DNA from: Desulfurococcaceae archaeon
Lineage (GTDB): Archaea; Thermoproteota; Thermoprotei_A; Sulfolobales; Desulfurococcaceae
NCBI GenBank assembly: GCA_038816475.1
Contig: JAWBAI010000003.1
Span: 62,774-126,773, forward strand
Direction of reading: 5' to 3'
DNA: 64,000 nt
Position numbers and translations under genes: made by a program. Under the pieces are notes generated by a model that was given only the letters and a program-made list of their open reading frames with translations, was not told the DNA's origin and did not search any database. Positions 40,060 to 50,330 of the stretch are shown here, in pieces (the stretch's first letter is position 1; each line of letters opens with the position of its first letter).

Positions 40060-43000
40060 ATGGTATTACTGCTTAGGCGGTTCTTCTCCATTGCAACGAT
40101 AGCGTGTTTAATCATACCACTGTTTCTCGCTAGTGTACCCCTAGCTGAGGGTCAAAAAATATACGTAGCGTTCATATGGCATTACCATCAACCCTGGTAC
40201 TACAGCATCGATGAAACATACTTTGAACTACCATGGGTTAGAATGCACAGTGTTGGTAATTACTATAAGATGGCGTACATACTCTCTAAGTACCCTGAAG
40301 TAAAAGCAACATTCACGTTCTCCGGATCCCTACTCACGCAGATAATAGACTACGTTGAAAACGGAAAAATGGACATTAGAGAGATCATATCTTGGAGAGT
40401 AGTAAACAGAACCGTAACCCGCAACGACGTATACTCTATGCTCAGAATACCAGGCGGATTCTTCGACATAAACTGGGCAAGGATAGTTGATAGATCACCT
40501 AGGTACAGAGAGCTTAGAGATCTAGCTCAGAGACTTCATAGCACCTGTTTAACAACGGCTAGAACTCCGGAGGAATACGTTGACTGCGTTGTAGACGGAT
40601 TCACAGGCGGTAATCCGCTGAACCAAACAGTAGTTGATCTCGCGGTTCTCTTCAACCTCCTGTGGATAGACCCACAGGTGGCTCAAGAAGAGTACCCTCT
40701 TGCATACAGCTTAATGCAGAAAGCGTACAACGAGCGTTACCCGAACTTCACACTCGATGACCTTAGGTACGTGCTATCAGTTCACAGAAGCATCATGTCG
40801 AAGGTCGTTTCAGCGTATAAAGAGCTGGTTGAAAGAAGACAAGTGGAGCTAATACCTGTACCCTACGGACACCCGATTGCTCCACTACTAGTAGACTTCG
40901 GCTTAGCCGACGATCTACACGTGCACGTCGTTAAGAGTGTAGAGGTGTTTCAGAGGTATTTCAACTACACGCCAAGAGGCATATGGCCAGCTGAGCAGGC
41001 TGTAAACGAGCACGCTGTACAGATCTTCAGAAGAGCTGGTATTTCCTGGACTACAACAGATAGCACAGTACTTTTACAAACAGGTGCTAACGTTGCCTCT
41101 ATAGAAGACCTGGGTGTTCCATGGTACATAGACTTTCCTGAGGGTAGAATCTACATCTTCTTCAGAGAAACCGAGATCAGCAATTTGATAAGCTTTCAGT
41201 ACTCAGGATGGGATCAAGACAGTGCTGTTAACGACCTGGTAAACAGGCTTCTTAGTTACTCAAGACAAGCTCAAGGACCTCGAGTGGTTGTAATAGCTCT
41301 CGATGGTGAGAACCCCTGGGAGCACTACCCAGAGTTCGGAACAGTATTTCTCAATAAGCTTTACTCGAGATTGCAGGAATTGCAGAGACAAGGTATTGTA
41401 GAAACCATTACACCAGGTGAATTCGTTGAAAGGTTCTCTAACGTAGCAAAACCACTACCACAACGAGAATACTTGTACTTGGACTTGGAGAAGAAGGATA
41501 TATCCAATTTGCCGTTGAACAGTTATGGTGATGCTTACGGTGATCTCCCAAGAAGAAGAGTTACTGCTAGATTACCAGAGGGTTCCTGGGGTGGAGACCT
41601 ATCAATCTGGATTGGTCATAGACAGGAAAACGTTGCGTGGATGTGGCTTATTAAAGCACGCGAGGATGTTCTCAGAAAGCTCAACGTTGAAAGCTTTCTG
41701 GAACTCTACGCTAGATTTCCTGAAGTAGCAGAGTACATTATGAGAGCGCAAACAAGCTGCTGGTTCTGGTGGTATGGAGGTGACGGCGGAGGCTCTCCAG
41801 CACCCTTCGATCCCCTCTACAAAAACTACCTGAGAAGAGCTTACGAGCTTGCGGGGATCAAGCCACCAGAGTATCTGCTTTCATACGCTTACCCGGATGG
41901 TACACCACGTGGTTTAATAAACCCCGTACCCCCCTCGATGCTTGATAAACCACCGGTTGTTGACGGTGTGCTAGAGGACCTCTGGAGAACAGCATCGAGA
42001 GAAGGTAAAGCCCTTGAGCTAGTTGTAGGAAGCATTGTTACAAGAGCATACGTAGGTGTAGACCGCGAAAAAGTGTACTTCGCGTTCGTTATTAGTGCTC
42101 AGAGATTAGACAACGTCAAGATCGCCGTGTACTTTGCAACACCAAGTGCAAGTTTATCCCCGTTTAACCCTGGCTACGTGTTATACCCGAGAAACGCAAC
42201 AGTGGATCTAGCTATATACCTTACACGTGAAGTACTGATCGACCTGGGCACCAGAAGAGCTCAGATCAGCAAAGCTGAGAACGGTACCTGGGTAGCTCTC
42301 GGAGAGGCTATACTAGCAATTGGTGGATCTCCAGGTAACTACGTTGTAGAGGTATCAGCTGGTATACTAGAACTGGATTTAGCAATGGGTCAACCAGCCT
42401 ACTTCGCAATAGCTGTTTACGTTAACGATGAACTCTACGAGTGGTCTTCGAGGTACGACATGGCTTACCAGCTATACATACCGATACCTTCACCACTGCT
42501 AATGGGTAGAGTGATCATAGATGTTAAGGACCCAGTAGGTGATGATGATGGTCCAGGAGGCTATGAGTATCCCTTGAACCCTGTATTCGCTAGAGGTGTG
42601 TTTGATCTAACAAGGTTTGTGGTAATAGACGCTGGTGATAGGCTCATCTTCATTACGTACTTCGTAACACTAGGTGGAAACCCCTGGAGTGGACCGAACG
42701 GTTGGAGTATGCAGCAAATACACATTTACATTAAAACAACTCTGCAAACTGAAGGAAAATACGAAGCTATAGCATTAAACATCATTGTAGAACACGGCTG
42801 GCACATGGCTCTACTTGTTGCACCTGGCTGGGGAACAGATCCGCTTCCCAGAGGTGAAAGAACAGCACTTTACTACTATGATAGAGACGAGCCTCTAGTT
42901 CAAAACGGCTTACTAAGAGCTTACGCAGATCACGCGGAGAACGCTATAATAGTAGAGGTTTCTAAAACAGTCATGTACGATGTTGACAACGTGGATAAAT

Positions 43001-43449
43001 GGATATTCGTAGTTGCAGTTACGAGTCACGATGGTTATGGTGTTAACAGAATTAGATCGTTTTCACCATCCAAGGGTGAATGGAACATCTATGTTCCAAC
43101 GGAGTACGCTATGGCGATTCTTCAGGATGTTCTTCCGTACGTAATGGACTTGCTTGCGCCTACTAAAGAAGACCAGTACAGTATGCTGAGAAGCTTTGAT
43201 CCAGCCACTAGAACACTAGCAAGAGTACGAGGAGTAGGTCTTCATGAACCAGTAACAACACCGATAGAAACTCCTCTTACCCCGTTGACAACACCCTCTC
43301 CAACGCAAACTACACCACTTGAGACTCCATTGACCACACCAGCAGTAACAACTCCATCACCTGAGTATCCATGGATTCCTGTAGTTGTAATCATCGCGAT
43401 TGCTGCAGTAGTAGCTATCGTGTTTGTTCTGTTAAAGCGCAGAAGGTAG
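40060..43449 (+). CDS. apu: GH57 amylopullulanase with glucodextranase/DOMON-like domain, Thr/Pro linker and C-terminal membrane anchor
   Basis: Signal peptide, WHYHQP, WPAEQ (nucleophile Glu), LDGENPWE (acid/base Asp), DPVGDDDGPG, TM helix followed by KRRR. Confidence 0.92.
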   Translation: MVLLLRRFFSIATIACLIIPLFLASVPLAEGQKIYVAFIWHYHQPWYYSIDETYFELPWVRMHSVGNYYKMAYILSKYPEVKATFTFSGSLLTQIIDYVENGKMDIREIISWRVVNRTVTRNDVYSMLRIPGGFFDINWARIVDRSPRYRELRDLAQRLHSTCLTTARTPEEYVDCVVDGFTGGNPLNQTVVDLAVLFNLLWIDPQVAQEEYPLAYSLMQKAYNERYPNFTLDDLRYVLSVHRSIMSKVVSAYKELVERRQVELIPVPYGHPIAPLLVDFGLADDLHVHVVKSVEVFQRYFNYTPRGIWPAEQAVNEHAVQIFRRAGISWTTTDSTVLLQTGANVASIEDLGVPWYIDFPEGRIYIFFRETEISNLISFQYSGWDQDSAVNDLVNRLLSYSRQAQGPRVVVIALDGENPWEHYPEFGTVFLNKLYSRLQELQRQGIVETITPGEFVERFSNVAKPLPQREYLYLDLEKKDISNLPLNSYGDAYGDLPRRRVTARLPEGSWGGDLSIWIGHRQENVAWMWLIKAREDVLRKLNVESFLELYARFPEVAEYIMRAQTSCWFWWYGGDGGGSPAPFDPLYKNYLRRAYELAGIKPPEYLLSYAYPDGTPRGLINPVPPSMLDKPPVVDGVLEDLWRTASREGKALELVVGSIVTRAYVGVDREKVYFAFVISAQRLDNVKIAVYFATPSASLSPFNPGYVLYPRNATVDLAIYLTREVLIDLGTRRAQISKAENGTWVALGEAILAIGGSPGNYVVEVSAGILELDLAMGQPAYFAIAVYVNDELYEWSSRYDMAYQLYIPIPSPLLMGRVIIDVKDPVGDDDGPGGYEYPLNPVFARGVFDLTRFVVIDAGDRLIFITYFVTLGGNPWSGPNGWSMQQIHIYIKTTLQTEGKYEAIALNIIVEHGWHMALLVAPGWGTDPLPRGERTALYYYDRDEPLVQNGLLRAYADHAENAIIVEVSKTVMYDVDNVDKWIFVVAVTSHDGYGVNRIRSFSPSKGEWNIYVPTEYAMAILQDVLPYVMDLLAPTKEDQYSMLRSFDPATRTLARVRGVGLHEPVTTPIETPLTPLTTPSPTQTTPLETPLTTPAVTTPSPEYPWIPVVVIIAIAAVVAIVFVLLKRRR

Positions 43450-43523
43450 TTTAATAATCGAGTAGCTAGTTTTTAGTTTTTAGTTCCTTTACCCCATTCT
43501 AACTTTTAGGGGTGTAAGAGTTA

Positions 43524-44675
43524 ATGGCAAAAGTTGAGCTAAGAAGTGTTACTAAGCGATTTGGTAAAGTCGTAGCTGTGGACCATGTGAGTCTTAAAGT
43601 AAACGATGGCGAGTTCTTTTCGCTACTAGGTCCATCGGGGTGTGGTAAAACAACAACTCTCAGAATAATAGCAGGTCTCGAGTTCCCGGATGAAGGGGAT
43701 GTTCTAATAGATGATAGAGTAGTCACGCATCTTCATCCCAAAGATAGAGATGTAGCAATGGTATTTCAGAACTACGCACTCTATCCACATATGACTGTTT
43801 ACGAAAACATTGCATTCCCGCTTGAAGTGAGAAGGAAGCAGTATGGGTTAACAGCTGAGGATATAAGAAAAAGAGTAGTTGAAGTAGCCAAACTTCTAGG
43901 GATAGAAGACCTACTAGATCGCCTGCCTTCCCAGCTTAGCGGTGGTCAACAGCAGAGAGTTGCGCTCGCGAGAGCTATTGTAAGAAAACCCAAAGTATGG
44001 CTCTTAGACGAGCCTCTGAGTAACCTCGACGCTAAGTTGAGAGTTCTAATGAGAGGAGAACTGAGAAAACTACAAAAGACGCTCGGTATTACGACGATAT
44101 ACGTTACACACGATCAGGTTGAAGCCATGAGTATGAGCGACAGAATCGCTGTTATGAACAAGGGGAAGGCCGTACAAATTGGTACACCCGACGAGCTTTA
44201 TCATAGGCCATCAGATACTTTCGTTGCAACCTTCATAGGTTCACCACCAATGAACATTATAAACTGTCAGCTAGAAGAACTTCGAGAAAACTACGAAGTT
44301 GTAGTTGAAGCGGAAAAATTCGTAACGAAATACCAGCTTAATTGCTACGATGTGATTAAACTACCACTGGCGCAGGATCTTGCCGAGGTCTTAGTAAATA
44401 AGGGAACAAAGGAGGTCCTGGTTGGAATTCGACCTGAGCACATTGAAGTCTCTAAAACACCGTTTGAAACTTCACTGGGTGTTATGAAGGTGAAGGTTGA
44501 CGTTATTGAAGCTCTAGGCTCTGAGAACATAGTAAACGTACTATTAGGGGAAGACCTAGTTAAGGTGAAAGCTCCACCGTCAATGAGACTTCAAACAGGA
44601 GACGAAATCTACCTCAAGGTTAACATCAACAAGATACTCGTCTTTGACAAGAAAACAGGCAAACTTATCATCTAG
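43524..44675 (+). CDS. malK: Sugar ABC transporter ATP-binding protein (MalK-like)
   Basis: GPSGCGKT, FQNYALYPHM, LSGGQQQR, DEPLSNLDAKLR, GIRPEH. Confidence 0.93.
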   Translation: MAKVELRSVTKRFGKVVAVDHVSLKVNDGEFFSLLGPSGCGKTTTLRIIAGLEFPDEGDVLIDDRVVTHLHPKDRDVAMVFQNYALYPHMTVYENIAFPLEVRRKQYGLTAEDIRKRVVEVAKLLGIEDLLDRLPSQLSGGQQQRVALARAIVRKPKVWLLDEPLSNLDAKLRVLMRGELRKLQKTLGITTIYVTHDQVEAMSMSDRIAVMNKGKAVQIGTPDELYHRPSDTFVATFIGSPPMNIINCQLEELRENYEVVVEAEKFVTKYQLNCYDVIKLPLAQDLAEVLVNKGTKEVLVGIRPEHIEVSKTPFETSLGVMKVKVDVIEALGSENIVNVLLGEDLVKVKAPPSMRLQTGDEIYLKVNINKILVFDKKTGKLII

Positions 44676-44811
44676 TTGAACTCCACAATTTAAGTTCTCA
44701 ATAGAAGCAGAACTTCGATCCCTGCCTCCAAGACCACGTAAGCTTATTAGATCAGTCTGACTGTAAGAAGCCGGGATTGAAGCTTTCCGTAGAGTTTGAT
44801 CATGTACTACG

Positions 44812-45693
44812 CTATTTGGACGAGCTTAGATCTTTGTAAAGCAGGTATTCGGCTTCAGATACTTTAAAACCGCATTCCTCGAGGATTCTAACTAGGTTTT
44901 TCTTCGTGGCGTCTACGGGTATTTCAACTGCCTTAGCTCTACTGTGAAGCGCGATTTGCTTTAATGCGTTGAGCAGAACAACGAGGTCTTCGTCGTTGTT
45001 GTATGATGACAGGTATATACTGTCCACGGTTAAATCATCGTTTATACTGTAAATAGCAATCGCTCTTGTTTTTCCGGATTTCTTTGTGATTAACGCTTTT
45101 TCCGTTTTATAGAGCTTCCTGTATATAGTCATATCCACGTTGTCAACTAGGTTACACCATTGAACGGTTGGTTTAACCCTACGCCATTTTACAAGCCCAG
45201 CTTCTACGACCTCTATCACGTAGTCATCTAGTTGCTCAGCTCTGATCTCACTTGGGTTTGCACGGAGGATCAAAACAACGCTCTTCACGCCATATCCGTT
45301 CCTGAGGTAAAAGTCGAGTGCTCGCACATTCCAGCTCTTTACGCTTAGAAATACCAACTTTACTCGTTTTTCAAGGAAAATTTTCTCGAGGTATTCTAGG
45401 ATAGCTCTTCCTATGCCCATGCCTCGGTAGTTTTTGTCCACAGCAATGCTGTCAATGTAGGCACGTTTTCCATTTCTATAGGCAATAGCAAACCCGACAA
45501 CAGCTCCATTGTACTTTGCAACAATAGCGATTATTCTTTTCGAGTTAGACTTAAGAACAGCTCTTATCCAGTCAATATCGTCTTTACCGAGTGCTTCTGC
45601 GGAGTCTGAGTATATTCTAGTGAGACTTTCAAGGTCTCTAAACTCCGCTTTCTCGATAACCAGGTTTCCAGGTACTCTATGTAGTTAAGTCAT
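44812..45693 (-). CDS. GNAT acetyltransferase (two GNAT-like domains); start problematic because of an in-frame TAA at codon 3
   Basis: YRGMGIG acetyl-CoA motif and 'NVRALDFY..NGY'. The frame stays open upstream of the listed ORF to 45684; the in-frame ATG at 45693 reads ATG ACT TAA. Confidence 0.7.
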
Positions 45694-45808
45694 AACCGAA
45701 TACTACACCTCTGGATTATTGATGGATGTTAGTACGGGTTTTTATAACTACTATAAATACCTGCAGTATTATTCTCTCTGTGTAGCTGATGAACGGGAAG
45801 AATTCACC

Positions 45809-46324
45809 ATGAAGAAAAGATGGTTGCTGGCCATAGACTTGGATGGAACACTGTGGGATTGTAAAGACATCTCTAGACTTGACCCACCCTTCGAGAAGAT
45901 CAACGAGTACTCCTTCAGAGACTCCAAGGGAAGAGTAGTGAATGTTTACAAAGAAATCGTAGAGCTGATCAAATGGGCCCGTGATCAGGGAGCTGTAACA
46001 GCGGTAATAAGCTGGAACAACGAAGGTATAGCTGTTGATGCACTAAGGACTATTGACCTTTTAAAACTGCTAGATTACTACGTCATAGAAGACCACCCTA
46101 GGAAAGACCTCATGGCTCGAAAACTCTACAATACGCTATTAGGGGACGGTCTGGGGGAAGCTTTATACTGCGTGATTTACATTGATGATGTAGAGGACTT
46201 CTTGCACCAGGTTTCACGAGTTTTTCCAAACATGTGCGCACTGAGAGCTTGGAGGGATTTCACTGATGCAGAGTCCCTTCGTAAACACTTATTCGAGTGC
46301 TTAGCTAAATGCTCTACCAAGTAG
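45809..46324 (+). CDS. HAD-superfamily magnesium-dependent phosphatase-1 (MDP-1)-like
   Basis: DLDGTLWD, SWN, HPRK, YIDD; start set to MKKRWLL. Confidence 0.87.
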   Translation: MKKRWLLAIDLDGTLWDCKDISRLDPPFEKINEYSFRDSKGRVVNVYKEIVELIKWARDQGAVTAVISWNNEGIAVDALRTIDLLKLLDYYVIEDHPRKDLMARKLYNTLLGDGLGEALYCVIYIDDVEDFLHQVSRVFPNMCALRAWRDFTDAESLRKHLFECLAKCSTK

Positions 46325-46347
46325 TTCACGAACCTTGAAGAAGGTGG

Positions 46348-47229
46348 TTGCCGTTGATAGATATTACAGTACCTGTGATTGCATCACTTCTATGGAGCTT
46401 GAACCCGGCTGTTATCTCGAAGTGGGCTAAGAACTCACCACCTCTACTATTCACCTCTATTAGAGCACTATTAGCAGCTTCCTTTCTACTAGTAGTGCTT
46501 GCATTGTTGAGAACGGCTGGATTAACCCTGGGAACGGTAGCTTATAATACAAACTCGCTAAACAATACGACTGTTCTACTGCTGATCGTACTATCAGCAA
46601 TAACTGGTCCCGCGATTGGCGATGCTTTCTACGTAAAAGCTATTCAGAAGCTAGGAGGTTCTTTGGCCGTTGTACTAAGCTATACGTACATATTCTTCAC
46701 AGGGCTTTTTGCGTTACTACTACACATAGAGTATCCAACAACATGGATGATTCTTGGCGGTGTACTAGCTTTCACAGGTGTAGTGGTTGCAGTATCCTCA
46801 AACAGCTTTACGTTCAGGATCACGGGTATAGCTTACGCTCTTCTTGCCGGTGTTAACTGGGGTTTAGCTACAGTTCTCATCAGGCTAGTACGCGATTACG
46901 TAGACCCGGTAACTCTGAGCATTATAAGACTAGCAATAGTGTTCTTAGTAATGATCCCTCTAAGCATTCTATTTCGTGAAGCACGCAGATTGAGCAGAGA
47001 TCTTCTAATAGCTACATCAATTACGGGTATTCTGGGATGGGGTGTTGGAATGGTCTTATTCATTTACTCTATATACAGGATAGGACCATCATTAACTGCA
47101 ATAGCAACTGCTTTAACCCCTGTTCTATCGCAGGTTACAACGAGGATCATAGCATCCGAAAAGATATCTCCCAGGGTTTTCCTGGGATCACTTCTGGTTA
47201 TGCTGGGAATAATCAGTGCTAGTCTCTAG
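46348..47229 (+). CDS. DMT/EamA family transporter
   Basis: About 10 TM helices in two repeats; 'YVKAIQKLG', 'SEKIS'. Confidence 0.85.
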   Translation: MPLIDITVPVIASLLWSLNPAVISKWAKNSPPLLFTSIRALLAASFLLVVLALLRTAGLTLGTVAYNTNSLNNTTVLLLIVLSAITGPAIGDAFYVKAIQKLGGSLAVVLSYTYIFFTGLFALLLHIEYPTTWMILGGVLAFTGVVVAVSSNSFTFRITGIAYALLAGVNWGLATVLIRLVRDYVDPVTLSIIRLAIVFLVMIPLSILFREARRLSRDLLIATSITGILGWGVGMVLFIYSIYRIGPSLTAIATALTPVLSQVTTRIIASEKISPRVFLGSLLVMLGIISASL

Positions 47230-47457
47230 AACAACGCTCATTCACTACTTCAAAGCAACTCTCCATCTAAGTCGATTGTTCAGCGAATTCCATAAACACA
47301 ACTACAGAAAGAACGATCTTAATCTCGTGTAGCAGTAACCATGGTTGACTCGAGGAATTATTAAGGAGCGATGAACGCTCCTTCAACAAGTAGAAGTAGT
47401 GCGGTTAAGTAGGGGCTAGAGTTATACCCGTCGCTTACTGGTTGCATCTGGGCAACG

Positions 47458-48135
47458 CTAGATCCTGGTCAAGTATATGTAGACAGCTAGTATTAGCATT
47501 ACAATAGCTGCAGCTACTTTAACTTGTTTTTCGTACTTGGTGAGTGCGGTGTAGACTCTTCTTCTTTTAACTAAACCTGCAATGCTAAGCATAATCAGGA
47601 TCAAGGGTAGCACAAAGATGAAGACGTAGAATAGGGTTAATGGTATCCAGAGCTCATACCCAAAGTTCCTAGTGGTGTAGTTGTAGAGGATGTATAGTCC
47701 AGCTGAGCAGGGTAATAGTGTAAAAGAGGCAATAAAGCCTACAATCCCTGCAGAAACAGCATTTACTGGGATGGTGTTTAACCTGAGCTTGTTAATAAGC
47801 CAACACGGTACATCGTTTTCTCTACATACAACCTCGGAGCTCTTTTCTCTTCTCAGCGTCATCGTCAACGTCGTTAACGCGTATAGAACCATTACGAGAA
47901 CAAGTAGATAAGCGGGTAGCGATAAAGCAGCGTACCTTAGCAATAGACCAAATATGACGTAGCCTATGTAAACGCTCAGTATGAAAGTGCACCCTATCTT
48001 CAGTGCATATTTGACGTTCACCAGAGCAGATGATGTAAGCATGGAAACAAATAACATGAAGATGCACGGATCTACCGAGTCTACAAGGGCAAACACCGCA
48101 ACCATGGCTAGTAGTGTAGCTATATCGCCAGCCAT
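47458..48135 (-). CDS. CcdA/DsbD-type thiol-disulfide membrane transporter
   Basis: Six TM helices with DSVDPC and LPCSAG Cys motifs. Confidence 0.75.
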   Translation of the reverse strand: MAGDIATLLAMVAVFALVDSVDPCIFMLFVSMLTSSALVNVKYALKIGCTFILSVYIGYVIFGLLLRYAALSLPAYLLVLVMVLYALTTLTMTLRREKSSEVVCRENDVPCWLINKLRLNTIPVNAVSAGIVGFIASFTLLPCSAGLYILYNYTTRNFGYELWIPLTLFYVFIFVLPLILIMLSIAGLVKRRRVYTALTKYEKQVKVAAAIVMLILAVYIYLTRI

Positions 48136-48269
48136 TTCTCCAAGAACCCCTAAACAACACTAATTACTTTGAGAGCTAAAATTTTGAGAAAACGATAAGC
48201 TTTCACAAGCTGCCTTATCATATACCATCGGTACTAGTTGATCGTCGTTGAATAGCGATCAGGATACCA

Positions 48270-48914
48270 CTAGGATGAACCTACTCTCTCTGTGTAAATT
48301 CTCTTTTGAAACTCTATGCTTGAAGGAGGTAGTGGTGAAACCGATCCAAGCATTCTCGACAACACGTAGATCTGTGCTGCACGCTCCACTAGAACTAACA
48401 CTTCGAGGGCTTCTTCGAGTGTTCTACCACAAGCAACTAATCCGTGATTAGCTAGCATTACGGCGCTTCTATCCTTTAACGCCTTCACCACGTTCTCAGC
48501 TAGAGTCCACGTTCCGGACAGAGCATACTCGGCTACCCTTACATCACCACCAGTGTATAGAACAAGCTCTTCTAGAATAGGTGGTAAGGGATTTCTGATC
48601 ACAGAGAGAACGGTCGAGTAAATGGTATGTGCATGAATAACAGCATTAAAGTGCTTGTATTCCCTGTAGATCGCTAGATGCAACGGAAGCTCTGAACTAG
48701 GTCTATGAAAACCCTCGATCACACGGCCCTCCAGGTCCGTCACAACAACGTCTTCAGGCTTCAGCTTCGACTTGTCTAATCCACTCGGAGTTATAACAAC
48801 ATGACCCTTACTCCTAACCAGTACACTTGCGTTCCCACTTTTACCGTAGTTTAAACCCTTCTCCTCCAGGAACTTCATAACCTCAACGATCTTAACCTTG
48901 AGCTCTTCGTACAT
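48270..48914 (-). CDS. Class II aldolase/adducin family (FucA-like)
   Basis: SGNAS, ITPSG, PSSE, HAH, LANHG. Confidence 0.9.
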   Translation of the reverse strand: MYEELKVKIVEVMKFLEEKGLNYGKSGNASVLVRSKGHVVITPSGLDKSKLKPEDVVVTDLEGRVIEGFHRPSSELPLHLAIYREYKHFNAVIHAHTIYSTVLSVIRNPLPPILEELVLYTGGDVRVAEYALSGTWTLAENVVKALKDRSAVMLANHGLVACGRTLEEALEVLVLVERAAQIYVLSRMLGSVSPLPPSSIEFQKRIYTERVGSS

Positions 48915-49088
48915 TTCAACAACACCTAGGTATTTAACTAAGAATACAAGACGATATAATAGCTCTGCTGAACACTACCATGGAAAACGCAGAACCATGA
49001 ACAACTATGGGAACGCACTCTACCATGTCGAAAACAGCGGGAAAGATTATACGAAACTGGTTTTATAGAGGGAAGTAGGTGAGATTCT

Positions 49089-49928
49089 GTGCACGCTTCC
49101 CGGAGAGCCTATGCTGTACTAGGGAAACTTCATATTATTGCTGGTGTTCTCCTGTCTCTCGCGATCATAGCGTACGTACTGCTCATGGTTCTCGAAAGAC
49201 CTTCCGCTCGTATAGGAGTACCAGGGCTTGAGCTACATGAGGATGTTATCTATTTACCACTTCCCACTAGGATGACGAACATTAGTGTTGAAGAGGCTAT
49301 TCTTCTGAGGAGAAGTATTAGAGAATACACAGATGACCCTATTAAACTCGAACATTTGGCTATGATCCTGTGGAGTGCGTATGGAATTACAGAGCCTAGA
49401 TGGGGTCTTCGCGCTTCACCTAGTGCTGGAGCTACGTATCCGTTAGAAGTATACGTTGTTGTAGGCGAAGAAGGGGTTTCTATAAATCAAACACACTACT
49501 TAAAACCCGGTGTCTACAAGTACGATGTTCACAAGCACGCTCTCATCCTGGTTAAAGAGGGTGATGTTCGCGATGAACTCGCAGCTGCAGCACTAGGTCA
49601 AAGATGGGTTAAAGAAGCTCCTGTTAGCCTAGTAGTCTGTGCAGTTTTCGAGCGAACTACGAGAATTTACGGTCAGAGAGGTAGAGTAAGGTATGTTCCA
49701 ATGGAAGTTGGTCACCTCGGACAAAACGTGTACCTGATGGCAACAGCGTTAGGTTACGGCACGGTGGTTGTAGGTGCATTCTACGATGAGAGTGTTCAGA
49801 GCATTGTAGGGGCTTTAAGAGAAGAGGTTCCAATGTACATAATACCTATTGGTGTCCCTAAAACCATGCATAGAGTCTCCTTTGAGGATGTATGGGTATA
49901 CATAGAGGGAGTAAGGCGTGGTCAGTAG
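49089..49928 (+). CDS. SagB/ThcOx-type nitroreductase-fold flavoprotein with N-terminal TM helix
   Basis: RRSIREY, RASPSAGATYPLE, EVGHLGQNVYL, VGAFYD. Confidence 0.88.
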   Translation: MHASRRAYAVLGKLHIIAGVLLSLAIIAYVLLMVLERPSARIGVPGLELHEDVIYLPLPTRMTNISVEEAILLRRSIREYTDDPIKLEHLAMILWSAYGITEPRWGLRASPSAGATYPLEVYVVVGEEGVSINQTHYLKPGVYKYDVHKHALILVKEGDVRDELAAAALGQRWVKEAPVSLVVCAVFERTTRIYGQRGRVRYVPMEVGHLGQNVYLMATALGYGTVVVGAFYDESVQSIVGALREEVPMYIIPIGVPKTMHRVSFEDVWVYIEGVRRGQ

Positions 49929-50277
49929 CCAGAGAAGGTCAACATTTAAACCAGCGATACTGAAACTATCACTAATGCTCGTGGAGTCAACGTCTATACC
50001 ATTGATAGTTTTAATGCTGCTCTACCTGGTAACAGGCTATGAAATGCTTGTTCCAAGCCGTATACTGATACCTAATGCACGCGCGATTCATACAGATAGA
50101 GTTTTAAGATTGATCCTAGTAGCTCTCGTTCTTATTCACGGTTACTTCGGAACTCTCATTCTATGCGAGAGAAGAATAAGAAACAACCTTGCGAGAGCTA
50201 TCATTGAGTTTTTGATTACAGTAGCGTTGATCTTTCTAGTCGCATTGGTAGTACTATATGAAGCAAGAATACGATAA
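49918..50277 (+). CDS. Small three-TM membrane protein with two His residues (cytochrome b-anchor-like)
   Basis: Overlaps the upstream gene; 'LYLVTGY', 'RAIHTD', 'LIHGYFG'. Confidence 0.6.
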   Translation: MVSSQRRSTFKPAILKLSLMLVESTSIPLIVLMLLYLVTGYEMLVPSRILIPNARAIHTDRVLRLILVALVLIHGYFGTLILCERRIRNNLARAIIEFLITVALIFLVALVVLYEARIR

Positions 50278-50330
50278 CAGGTTTTTGGTGAACGATTGTT
50301 CACGTTACCTAGTTTCCGAACTCTCGGTTG

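Noticed and set aside
43250-43362. Repetitive Thr/Pro-coding sequence
   Set aside because: Ordinary linker of the membrane-anchored amylopullulanase.
44700-44810. T-loop-like TTCGATCCCTGCC and a possible box C/D sRNA on the minus strand (ATGATCA...CTGA)
   Set aside because: No cloverleaf or matching tRNA; box C deviates from consensus and no C'/D' boxes are evident.
47363-47383. Hairpin AAGGAGCG-ATGAA-CGCTCCTT between convergent genes
   Set aside because: A single short stem with no other support for an ncRNA.
49089-49928. SagB-like gene as a sign of a RiPP cluster
   Set aside because: No YcaO, precursor peptide or maturation protease nearby.
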